This document shows, one piece after another, positions 1 to 8,398 of a DNA stretch of 64,000 bases. The stretch spans positions 80,663-144,662 of the forward strand of contig JBKBRF010000013.1 in the NCBI GenBank assembly GCA_046292385.1, in the 5' to 3' direction. The notes below the pieces were generated by a model, which saw only the letters and a program-made list of their open reading frames with translations, did not search any database and had not been told where the DNA came from. This DNA comes from Armatimonadota bacterium. Its GTDB lineage: Bacteria; Armatimonadota; SYMT01. The stretch's first letter is position 1. Every line of letters starts with the position of its first letter. A program made the position numbers and the translations under genes.

Positions 1-1629
1 GACCTCCACCCAGCCGTCCTTGGTCGGAATGCCGCCGTAGTTGCGCAGGTTCAGGCTCTGGCTCTTGCCGCCGGCCGTGGTGATGAACCGCACGCGGAGC
101 TGCTGCCCGCCGAGCTTGCCGCCGTGCATCACCAGCTTCAGCACGCTCTTGCCGGCAAGGGAGACGCCGCCGCCGCTCAGCTCCAGCTTGCCGTCGACCC
201 GCTTCACGGCCAGCCCGATCGAGCGGCTGCCCTCGTAGACCGGTGACTGCGCCGAGAGCGTCCCCTTGGCGCCGCGCATCCGGGCGCTCCAGCCGTTCTG
301 CAGGCTGTCGCGGTAGATCACGGTGGCGCTGCCCGGGTTCCCACCGGGGTTGCTCCCGCCGTTGTTACCGCCGCCGTCGTTGCCGCCGCCGCTATCGCCG
401 CCGCCGCTGCCTCCCCCGCCCGGGACGCCGTCCGCCTCGAAGCAGCCGAGGTCCGGGTTCGGACCCTGCGGTCGCAGCAGGCCATTCAGGTCGCCGGTCA
501 GGAGCAGTGTGCCGGCGTCCCGCGCCCGGGAGCTGGCGGAGAGCTTGTAGCCGGTGGTGAAGCCGGGATCGCCCTCGATCGAGTTCGCGTCGTTCCCGCT
601 GGCGCGGCGCCAGCTGGCGAGGTTGGAGCTGTTCACCGCCCCGCGGGGGGAGGAGAAGCAGTTGAAGTTCGACTGGATCGGCTCGGCCGCTTCCATCGCC
701 GGGCCGGAGCCGCAGGAGAGGATGTTGTTGAACAGCTTGTTGCCGGTGGCGCCCTCGGTGAACTGGATGCCGAACCGCCCCACCCCGCTCCGGAAGACGA
801 TGGTGTTGTGGTAGATCTGGTTGTTCTTGCAGCCGAAGCTCACCCCGCCGCCGCCGTGCCAGAGCGCCATGCCGCCCGCCAGATTCTCGCGCACCAGGTT
901 GTTCGAGATCGTGGAGTTCTGGACGCCCATCATGTTGATTGCGGCGCCGCCGACCTTCCCGTTCCCCCACAGCTCGTTCGCTTCGATCAGGCAGTTCTTG
1001 GAGACGCTGTCGAAGTCGGTGTTGCCCGGGTTGTAGCCGCCCTCTTCCACCGCGTTGATCTGCAGGCCCGCCTTCGTGTTGTTGTAGAGCTTGCAGCGCC
1101 GCACCGTGAGACGGTCGCCGGACTGGGAGAGGTAGATGCCGTGCTCGTCGCGGCTGCCGTAGGCGGAGCAGTCCTCGATCAGCACGTCGGAGGTGTTGCC
1201 GCTCAGCAGGCCGCTCCGGCCGTTGTTCTCCAGGACGCAGTTCCGCACCGTGAGGCCGCGGGAGAGCACCACGAAGATACCGAACCGGCGGGCGTTGCGG
1301 ATCTTCACGCCCTCGATCTTGATCCCGGAGCTCTGGTAGACGCTGATGCAGTCGTCGCGGGAGCCGTTGCTTCCGTCGATCACCGCGCCCGGCTCACCCT
1401 TGATGGTGATGTTGCGCTCCTCGATGTAGGCTCCGCCGTCGTAGACGCCGGCCTTCAGGAGGATCGTATCGCCGTCTCGGAGCGCCTTCTCGGCGCGCAG
1501 GAAGGTGCGAAAGGGGGCGGTGGTGCCGTTGTTGCTGTCGTTCCCGCTCGGGGAGACAGTGTAGGTGGCGGCAGCCGCAGGGCCGGCGACGAACAACGCC
1601 GCCACGGCCAGAGGCCATGTGTACTGCAT
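1..1629 (-). CDS. Secreted right-handed parallel beta-helix repeat protein with Gly-rich linker and probable C-terminal carbohydrate-binding-like domain (3' end runs off the window)
   Basis: Absent from the ORF track because it has no stop in the window. Manual translation from ATG 1629 gives MQYTWPLAVAALFVAGPAAAATYTVSPSGNDSNNGT (signal peptide plus YxVSPSGND motif), beta-helix repeats (LTVRNCVLENNG, LTVRRCKLYNN, IYHNTIV), GDPGF...PDLGCFE, then a GGGGSGGGDSGGGNDGG linker. Confidence 0.8.
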   Translation of the reverse strand, partial: MQYTWPLAVAALFVAGPAAAATYTVSPSGNDSNNGTTAPFRTFLRAEKALRDGDTILLKAGVYDGGAYIEERNITIKGEPGAVIDGSNGSRDDCISVYQSSGIKIEGVKIRNARRFGIFVVLSRGLTVRNCVLENNGRSGLLSGNTSDVLIEDCSAYGSRDEHGIYLSQSGDRLTVRRCKLYNNTKAGLQINAVEEGGYNPGNTDFDSVSKNCLIEANELWGNGKVGGAAINMMGVQNSTISNNLVRENLAGGMALWHGGGGVSFGCKNNQIYHNTIVFRSGVGRFGIQFTEGATGNKLFNNILSCGSGPAMEAAEPIQSNFNCFSSPRGAVNSSNLASWRRASGNDANSIEGDPGFTTGYKLSASSRARDAGTLLLTGDLNGLLRPQGPNPDLGCFEADGVPGGGGSGGGDSGGGNDGGGNNGGSNPGGNPGSATVIYRDSLQNGWSARMRGAKGTLSAQSPVYEGSRSIGLAVKRVDGKLELSGGGVSLAGKSVLKLVMHGGKLGGQQLRVRFITTAGGKSQSLNLRNYGGIPTKDGWVEV

Positions 1630-2190
1630 AGATTACTCCGCTCGATCAACCCAGTGGATGGCCTGCCTCTTTGGGCGGGCCTTATTTGTTCGGAGCCTTC
1701 TTACCGACCGCTGGAGGACTGGCCCCTCGCTCGCTGGCGATGCGATCTAACAATGGCTCCGGCTTCGTTCGGGTATGCGCCTGGATTACCAGACAAGCTG
1801 ATTATGGGCTCGCTACCAACCGAACTTGAGGATAGGAAGCGATCTTTTGTATTGGGGGGATTCAGCGGGAGGCTCAAGGGGCGACCGGGCAGGTGCCGGC
1901 AGAGCGATCCCTATGGGTCCTGGCGAGGCGGGGGTGGAGGGGCGAGGGGCACACCGGACGAAGCCAGTGTTCTTCCACGGGGGTTATCGGAAGCGGCGCG
2001 GCGGAGGGAGAGGGTGAGATTCTTCGAAATCTCGCTCCGCTTTCGAAGGGGCGGGTGCGGGACTGCCTGACGGAAGGCGGCGGCGGGTGTCGCGCTCTAA
2101 AGTTACGCCGCTGGCGGCGCAGGCGAGATTGGCCGCCGTCCGGCGTTCGGGAAGGGCAGGAAAAGCTCGGCCGCGTTCGATTTCCCACCC

Positions 2191-2350
2191 CAGTCACCCT
2201 GAATGAAATGAAGGGTCTACGTCGCCTACTTTGCGCCGGAGCGGGAGGCCTCGCGCGCGGAAGAGGACCGGCAGCGGAGTCCGCGTCACCCGCCTGCGTA
2301 CTCCGGACCAGCGCGGCTGCCGAGATCCTTCACTCCGTTCAGGATGACTG
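2191..2350. repeat. MITE/palindromic element with 28-bp imperfect terminal inverted repeats (GTCAYCCTGAA...TTCAGGATGAC type)
   Basis: CAGTCACCCTGAATGAAATGAAGGGTCT (2191-2218) matches the reverse complement of 2323-2350 (CAGTCATCCTGAACGGAGTGAAGGATCT) at 23/28 positions. Confidence 0.75.
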
Positions 2351-2514
2351 GGGTAGGGGCACGTGAGGGACCGCTCGTACTCACCGGCAGAACCTACGCT
2401 GCGCCGCGGGTGCACTGACCTTACAGCGGGTGACACACGCCCCGCCACTCCCGAGACGCAGCCGCGCCGGGTCCCGACCGGCGATCGGGAAGGTCCGCTC
2501 TCCGGGATGCGGAC

Positions 2515-4251
2515 TCAGTACCCGACGGACGCCGAGTCGGGGTTGCGCGGATCGGAGGCGCCGAAGCGGAGCCCCGTTTCGGGGTCGACCAGCACGCCCT
2601 CGGCATCCCCCATGTAGGCCGGCCGCTCGGCCAGCTCGTGCCCCCGCGCGCGCAGCGCCTCTTGCACGTCGCGGGAGAGACCGTACGGCTCGTGACGCAC
2701 CACGTCCGGCAGCCACTGGTGGTGGATGCGGGGAGCGGCGATCGCCTGCTGCAGGTTCATGTCGTGGTCGATCACGTTCAGCGTCACCTGCAGAACGGTG
2801 TTGATAATGGTGGGACCGCCGGGGCTGCCCACCACCATGAAGAGCTTGCCGTCCTTCAGCAGGATCGTCGGCGTCATGGAGGAGAGCGGGCGCTTGCGGG
2901 GGGCAATGGCGTTGCGCTCGCCCTGGATCAGGCCGAAGAGGTTGGGGGAGCCCGGCTTCGACGTGAAGTCGTCCATCTCGTTGTTGAGCAGGAACCCGGC
3001 CCCTTTCACCGTGACGCCGCTGCCGTAGGCGGCGTTGAGGGTGTAGGTGACGGACACGGCGTTTCCGGCGCGGTCGACGACGCTGTAGTGCGTCGTCTGC
3101 GGCGACTCGTACGGGGCGGGATTGCCGGGTTTCACCTGCGCGCTGGGGGTGGCGCGCCGGCGGTCGATCTGCTGGAACAGCCTCTCCGCGTAGCCGGGAG
3201 AGGTGAGGCCGCGGACCGGCACTCGGACGAAGTCCGGATCGCCCAGGTACTCGGAGCGGTCCGCAAAGGCGCGGCGCATCGTCTCGATCAGCAGGTGGTA
3301 CCGCTCGGACGACGAGTGACCGAGCGACCGGAGCTCGAACCGCTCCAGCACGTTCAGCATCTGCAGCAGCGCCACGCCGCCGGAGCTGGGCGGGGGCATC
3401 GTCAGGATCTCGTAGCCCCGGTAGCGCCCGCGCAGCGGCTCGCGTATCACCGGCCGGTACGCCTTCAGGTCTTCGGGCGTGATCAGTCCGCCGTGCGCCC
3501 GCATTTCGTCCGCCAGCAGGCGCGCCGTCCGGCCGGTGTAGAGCTCCTCCGGCCCTTCCTTCTGCAGGCGGCGGAGCGTGGCGGCGAGGTCCGGCTGCCG
3601 GAGCCGCTCGCCCGGCTCGTAGTAGTCGCCGTCCCGCTGGAAGATCCGGCGCGTCTCCGGGAAACGGGAGAGCAGCCGGGTCCGGCGCAGGTCGCCGGCC
3701 AGCTCGTAACTCACCGGAAAGCCCTCGGCGGCCAGCTTCCGGGCCGGCTCCACCATGTCGCTCCACCGGCGGGTACCGTACCGCTCCAGCGCCAGGGCGA
3801 GGCCGGCTACGGTGCCGGGGACGCCCACCGCCCGATAGCCGACCGTCGACGCCTCCGGGATCACGTCGCCTTTCGGATCGAGGTACATCTCGCGGCTTGC
3901 CGCCGCCGGCGCCGTCTCGCGGAAATCGACGACCGAAGCGGTGCCGTCCGCCATCCGGAGCACCATGAAGCCGCCGCCGCCGAGGTTGCCCGCGGCCGGA
4001 TAGGTCACCGCCAGCGCCAGGCCCACCGCTACCGCCGCGTCGACCGCGTTCCCGCCCTTCCGGAGCACCTCCGCGCCGACCCGGCTAGCGTGCGCGCTGG
4101 CAGAGGCGACCATCCCATGCCGGGCCGCCACCGGGTAGCCGACCTGTCCCCACGAGGGACGAGGCCGCGCCGGAGGAAGCTGCACCAGCGCGCCCGCGGC
4201 GAGTGCCAGGGCGGCGATCAACGGAAGGAGGCGGAGACGAGCGGCAGGCAT
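2515..4251 (-). CDS. ggt: Gamma-glutamyltransferase
   Basis: Signal peptide, GGNAVDAAVA, GNLGGGGF, DFRETAP, autocleavage nucleophile motif TTHYSVVD, NNEMDDF, PLSSMTP, GSPGG. Confidence 0.95.
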   Translation of the reverse strand: MPAARLRLLPLIAALALAAGALVQLPPARPRPSWGQVGYPVAARHGMVASASAHASRVGAEVLRKGGNAVDAAVAVGLALAVTYPAAGNLGGGGFMVLRMADGTASVVDFRETAPAAASREMYLDPKGDVIPEASTVGYRAVGVPGTVAGLALALERYGTRRWSDMVEPARKLAAEGFPVSYELAGDLRRTRLLSRFPETRRIFQRDGDYYEPGERLRQPDLAATLRRLQKEGPEELYTGRTARLLADEMRAHGGLITPEDLKAYRPVIREPLRGRYRGYEILTMPPPSSGGVALLQMLNVLERFELRSLGHSSSERYHLLIETMRRAFADRSEYLGDPDFVRVPVRGLTSPGYAERLFQQIDRRRATPSAQVKPGNPAPYESPQTTHYSVVDRAGNAVSVTYTLNAAYGSGVTVKGAGFLLNNEMDDFTSKPGSPNLFGLIQGERNAIAPRKRPLSSMTPTILLKDGKLFMVVGSPGGPTIINTVLQVTLNVIDHDMNLQQAIAAPRIHHQWLPDVVRHEPYGLSRDVQEALRARGHELAERPAYMGDAEGVLVDPETGLRFGASDPRNPDSASVGY

Positions 4252-4318
4252 GGAGAGCGGCTCCTCGGGCCGGCAGCAGTACCGGAGCTACCTTGAGAAT
4301 ACCGCAGCGTAGGGATGC

Positions 4319-4828
4319 CTACTGGACGGAGACCACTTCGCGCACCTTCTCCCGCAGCGCCCGCATGTGGTCTTCGCTGTAGCCTTCGAAGTTAGCGGCC
4401 TCCCCGTCGCGCGTGAGAAGGATCGTCCGGGGAATCGCCGAGACGCCGTACTGGTCCGAGACCGCTCCCCCGTCCGGCAAGATGGTGACCGGCGTGTCCG
4501 TCAGGTACTCCGCCGAGCGGAGGAGGTCGGCGCTCTCGTCGGAGATCAGCACCACGCTGAGCCCGCGCTCCCCGTATTCCTGCTGCAGCCGGACGAGGTG
4601 AGGAAACTCCTCACGGCAGCCCGGTCACGTGGTACTGAAGAAGCTGAGCAGCACCGGCCCGCGCTCCAGCCGCTCCGAGAGGCGAAATTGCGCACCCTGG
4701 AGGGTGGTGGCGGTGAAGTCCGGACCCGGCGCCCGGGAGTCGCCGAGCCGGCGAGCTCCCTCATAGAAGAAGAGGCCGCCCAGCAGCAGCGCAACCACCG
4801 CGATGACGACTTTTGCCCCCGTGCTCAC
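4319..4828 (-). CDS. Probable selenoprotein: membrane-anchored TlpA/AhpC-TSA-like thioredoxin-fold protein with UxxC active site (Sec at TGA 4625-4627)
   Basis: AGGAG RBS plus GTG at 4828, N-terminal TM helix, then PDFTATTLQG...PVLLSFFSTT-TGA-PGCREEFPHLVRLQQEY...VVLIS...YGVSAIPRTILL (cis-Pro loop). ORFs 4625-5119 and 4319-4555 lie in the same frame. Confidence 0.85.
4589..4627 (-). promoter_or_regulatory. Putative bacterial SECIS element
   Basis: UGA-CCGGGC-UGCC-GUGAGGA-GUU-UCCUCAC-CUC-GUCCGG gives a 6-bp lower stem, a 7-bp upper stem and a G-first apical loop 17 nt after the UGA. Confidence 0.7.
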
Positions 4829-4934
4829 CGGAACACTCCTTCCGCCCACTCCTCTTCCCAGTCTACCAGAAAGCAAGAGAGGCGCTCCGGTGGTTACCGG
4901 AGCGCCTCTCGATCTGAAGCGGGCCTGCGGCCGG

Positions 4935-5189
4935 TTAACCGGTCGCCCGGCGCTTCTTAACGCCCTTGTTGCGGGCGGCGATTTCCGAATAGAAGCGCAG
5001 GCCGTACTTCCGGATGACTGCTTGCGAGCCGCGGCGACCGATCTTCGCCATGTGCTCGGAACCATACTTGTCCACCACCGCGCGGCCGCCGGTTGCGGCC
5101 TGCTCGGGCAGGTGGGCATAGCGGTCCGTTTCTCCGGATTCGTTCAGTTGCTGCGCGTGCGTATCGTCTCGCTCCTCGACTTCCTTCAA
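4935..5189 (-). CDS. Small KGG-like / general stress (GsiB/YciG-like) protein
   Basis: AGGAGG RBS before TTG, two repeats GGRAVVDKYGSEHMAKIGRRG / SQAVIRKYGLRFYSEIAAR, hydrophilic and basic. Confidence 0.6.
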   Translation of the reverse strand: MKEVEERDDTHAQQLNESGETDRYAHLPEQAATGGRAVVDKYGSEHMAKIGRRGSQAVIRKYGLRFYSEIAARNKGVKKRRATG

Positions 5190-5266
5190 TCCATCCTCCT
5201 CATACTGGCCTTAGCCACCTTACTATAACGGTGGGCGGGCCAGAGGCGGATCGCCTTAGGGAGTTC

Positions 5267-6391
5267 TTAAGGCTGAGAGATTCCTGAGCCGCGGCGCAAC
5301 ACTTCCTCGTAGACGCGCACCGTCTCCCGGGCGGTCCGCCGCCAGTCGAACTCCCCGGCTCGCCGCAGCCCGGCGGCGCTGAGCCGCGCCCGCAGCGGTT
5401 CCTGCTCCAGCAGCCGGCGCATGCCGTCGGCAATCGCGTTCGTGTCGCGAGGATCGACCGTGATCGCCGCCTCCCCCACCACTTCCGGGAGCGACGAAGT
5501 ATTGCTGGTGAGCACCGGCGTTCCGCACGCCATCGCCTCCAGCGGCGGCAGGCCGAACCCCTCGTAGAGGCTGGGATACGCGAAGAGGTCGGCGCCGCGG
5601 TAGAGATCGGGGAGGTCGGCGTCCGCCACGTAGCCGGCAAAGATCGGATCCTTCCCCGGAGGCGCCTCGTCCACCGCCTCCCGCAGCTCGTCCGGCGCCC
5701 AGCCTTCCTTCCCGGCCAGCACCAGCCGGTGCGGGATGTGCCGGGCGATCCGGTTGTAGGCGCGCACCAGCCGGGGGAGGTTCTTGCGGGGCTGGAGCAC
5801 CCCCACCGCCAGGATGTACGGCACCGGGATGCGCAGCCGCCGCCGCACCGCCGCGCGGGCCGCCTCCCGGTCGCCCGGCGAGTAAACCGGATCGACTCCG
5901 TACGGCGTCACGAAGACCTGCTCCGGCGGGAGGTCGTAGAGCTCCAGGAGGTCGCGCCGGGTCGCCTCGCTTCCGGTAATCACCGCCGCCGCGTGGCGGG
6001 CCGAGCGGGGGATTAGGGCGTTCAGCAGCAGGCGGTGCTTGAGTGGGAACAGCTCCGGAAAGCGCCGGAACGCGATGTCGTGGATCGTGGTGACCACGGG
6101 GCAGTGCGTCACCGGCGGCACCAGGTACTGCACGTGCGCCAGACTCACTCGCCGGCGCCAGAGGTCGCGGGGAAAGACGAAGGGAGTCCAGGTCCACCGC
6201 GGCACCGCCGGGAGCACCACCGGACGGAAGTTCGGCTGCTCCAGCTTCGTGAGGGTGGTCGGCTCCCAGGTGTAGAGCAGGTACTCGTGCTCCGTATCGA
6301 CTTCCGCCAGCGCGCGGGAGAGGTTGAGCGCGTAGGTGCGGTCCCCCGTTTTGGGAGAGGTGACGGTGCGGCAGTCGAGGGCGACGAGCAT
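5267..6391 (-). CDS. Glycosyltransferase family 4 (group 1)
   Basis: [35 protein letters not shown] motifs. Confidence 0.93.
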   Translation of the reverse strand: MLVALDCRTVTSPKTGDRTYALNLSRALAEVDTEHEYLLYTWEPTTLTKLEQPNFRPVVLPAVPRWTWTPFVFPRDLWRRRVSLAHVQYLVPPVTHCPVVTTIHDIAFRRFPELFPLKHRLLLNALIPRSARHAAAVITGSEATRRDLLELYDLPPEQVFVTPYGVDPVYSPGDREAARAAVRRRLRIPVPYILAVGVLQPRKNLPRLVRAYNRIARHIPHRLVLAGKEGWAPDELREAVDEAPPGKDPIFAGYVADADLPDLYRGADLFAYPSLYEGFGLPPLEAMACGTPVLTSNTSSLPEVVGEAAITVDPRDTNAIADGMRRLLEQEPLRARLSAAGLRRAGEFDWRRTARETVRVYEEVLRRGSGISQP

Positions 6392-6476
6392 GGCTCTTTA
6401 GCTGTATCGCGTCCGAGCAAGCTGGAAGAAGAAAGAGCGTAGAAGAAAGACCTGCCGCCGGTGGGCCGACCGCCGT

Positions 6477-7556
6477 TTACTTCGAGCCGAGCTCCGCGTA
6501 AAAGTCGGCGGTCTCTGCCGCCAGGGCGGCGTAGCTGTTCCGCTCGGCGTAGTCCGCCGCGGCGCGCTCCAGCGCCGCGCGGGCGGTGGGAGAAGCAAGC
6601 TCCCGCACCGCCTCTGCCAGCGCGGCCGGGTCGCCGCTCGGGAAGAGGCGGACGCAGGGCAGTCGGCGGTTCTCCGGCAGGTCGGAGGCGACAACCGCTT
6701 TCCGGCGCGCGAGTGCGTAGGACAGCGAGGCGGAGCCGCTCATCTCCCGGAACGGTGCCAGGATCACCTCCGCCAGGGCGGTCGCATGCTCCAGCTCCTC
6801 CGCACCCAGGTAGCCGGAGACGACGAACCGGTCCCCCATCCCCAGGCGCTGCGCTTCCTCGCGCAGCACCGCCTCCGTGCCGGAGCGATCCGCCACGTGC
6901 TCCCCGCCCGCCGCCAGGAGCACGTAGTCCGGCGGGAGCTGCCGCAGCGCCTCGAGCGCCACGTCGTACCCCTTCCGGCGCGCCAGGAAGCCGAGAATCG
7001 CCAGCACCCGCTTCCCCTCCAGGCCGAACCGCCGCCGCAGCGGGCTTGGATCGACCGGAGCCTCCGGCGCGGTCGGCACCGGCATCGGGCGGTATCGCAC
7101 CCGACCTTCCGGCGCGCCGAGCTCCAGCAGCGCGTCCCGGAGCGCGGCGGAATGGACCATCCAGCCGGAGACCGCCGGGTGGAGGAAGGTGGCGCGGTTG
7201 AACCTCCGCTTGTAGGCCACCTCCAGCGGCGGCGGAAGCCGGTAGGCGCCGGTCGGCTGAACATCCAACTCGTGCACCGTCAGGAGCAGCGGCACCCGCA
7301 CTTCCGCCGCCAGCGCGCCCCATCCGGAGCGCAGCGGGTGCATCCCCCCGAAGAAGGCGTAGGAGTGCTGCACGTGGGCCACGTCTCCCCCGTTCAGCGC
7401 CCGCCCCATGGAGGCGTAGACCACCCGCGAGCTGCGGCGGAAGGTCGCCGGCACCACCTCCACCCCCACCCGCTCCCGCAGCGCCGGCACCAGGCCGCGG
7501 CTGTACTCCGCGATCCCGCAGCGCTCGTCCCAGGAAGTAAGGAAAGTGACCTGCAT
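6477..7556 (-). CDS. Glycosyltransferase family 4
   Basis: CGIAEYS N-terminus, TVHE, GFLARRKG, SGSASLSYALA...VVASDLP. Confidence 0.85.
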   Translation of the reverse strand: MQVTFLTSWDERCGIAEYSRGLVPALRERVGVEVVPATFRRSSRVVYASMGRALNGGDVAHVQHSYAFFGGMHPLRSGWGALAAEVRVPLLLTVHELDVQPTGAYRLPPPLEVAYKRRFNRATFLHPAVSGWMVHSAALRDALLELGAPEGRVRYRPMPVPTAPEAPVDPSPLRRRFGLEGKRVLAILGFLARRKGYDVALEALRQLPPDYVLLAAGGEHVADRSGTEAVLREEAQRLGMGDRFVVSGYLGAEELEHATALAEVILAPFREMSGSASLSYALARRKAVVASDLPENRRLPCVRLFPSGDPAALAEAVRELASPTARAALERAAADYAERNSYAALAAETADFYAELGSK

Positions 7557-7682
7557 TCTTAGGGCCTAGGGTTCAGGGTATAGGGTTTAGATTGGCGCAT
7601 AGGACAGGCCTCCGTCCCCGTCGAAGAGGCGTGTCATCGGGATCCCCACACCCTCTACCCTATCCCCTAGACCCTAAGAATG
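7554..7682. repeat. Inverted heptamer (TAGGGNN / NNCCCTA) arrays bounding a divergent intergenic region
   Basis: CATTCTTAGGGCCTAGGGTTCAGGGTATAGGG compared with the reverse complement of the right end, CATTCTTAGGGTCTAGGGGATAGGGTAGAGGG. Confidence 0.8.
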
Positions 7683-8381
7683 AACGTTCTCGCCATCGGC
7701 GCGCATCCGGACGACCTGGAGATTCTCTGTGCGGGCACCCTCGCGCGCTGCGCGGAGCGGGAGGACCGCGTGACGATGCTGATCGTGACCGACGGCAGCG
7801 CGGGCCATGCGGAGATCCCGCCGGACCGCCTGGCGGGGATCCGGGAGGCGGAGGCGCGGGCGGCGGCGGGGGTGATCGGCGCGGAGCTGGTCTGGCTCGG
7901 CCTGCGCGACGAGTTCGTCTTCAACGACGAGCCGACCCGTCTCCTGCTCCTGAACGCGATCCGCGGCGCCAGCCCGGAGCTGATCCTGACCCACGCGCCG
8001 GAAGACTACCATCCGGACCACCGCGCCGTCAGCCGCGCGGTGTTCGACGCCAGCTTCATCATGGGACTGCCGAACGTGCGGACCGAGAACCCGGCGCAGC
8101 CCGGCGTCCCCGCGCTCTACTACTTCGACACGCTCGCCGGCCTCGGCTTCACTCCCGCGGAGTACGTCGACGTCACTCCCGCCTGGGAGACCAAGTGCGA
8201 GATGCTGCGCCGGCACTCCAGCCAGGTCGACTGGCTGCAGTACCACGACCAGATCGACATCCTCGGCTTCATGGAGACGGTCGCGAAGTTCCGTGGGCTC
8301 CAGTGCGGCGTGCCCTTCGCGGAGGCGTTCCGCCCCGCCGACGCCTGGCCCCGCCGCCGTCCCGCGCGTCTCCTGCCCTGA
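7680..8381 (+). CDS. PIG-L/LmbE family N-acetyl deacetylase
   Basis: AHPDD, R..EA..AA, DYHPDH motifs. Confidence 0.92.
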   Translation: MNVLAIGAHPDDLEILCAGTLARCAEREDRVTMLIVTDGSAGHAEIPPDRLAGIREAEARAAAGVIGAELVWLGLRDEFVFNDEPTRLLLLNAIRGASPELILTHAPEDYHPDHRAVSRAVFDASFIMGLPNVRTENPAQPGVPALYYFDTLAGLGFTPAEYVDVTPAWETKCEMLRRHSSQVDWLQYHDQIDILGFMETVAKFRGLQCGVPFAEAFRPADAWPRRRPARLLP

Positions 8382-8398
8382 TCGGAACCGCTTACCTC

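Noticed and set aside
1740..1875. CGCTGAATCC...CCCGAAC on the minus strand, resembling a c-di-AMP (ydaO) riboswitch upstream of the beta-helix gene
   Set aside because: The other conserved blocks (GGGGGA.CC, a second TGAAT, CCGTCAGCTAAC) are missing. An Infernal/Rfam scan would settle it.
4625..5119. Treating 4625-5119 and 4319-4555 as two genes or a pseudogene
   Set aside because: They share one frame, the TGA sits exactly at the redox Cys position and a SECIS-like hairpin follows. Sec recoding explains this better.
7592..8398. N-terminal extensions in the ORF track (7592, 16067, 17617, 26963, 34499, 34917, 49749, 54405, 58883, 61162)
   Set aside because: They overlap other real genes or repeats. 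Downstream starts with an RBS, signal peptide or family-typical N-terminus fit better.
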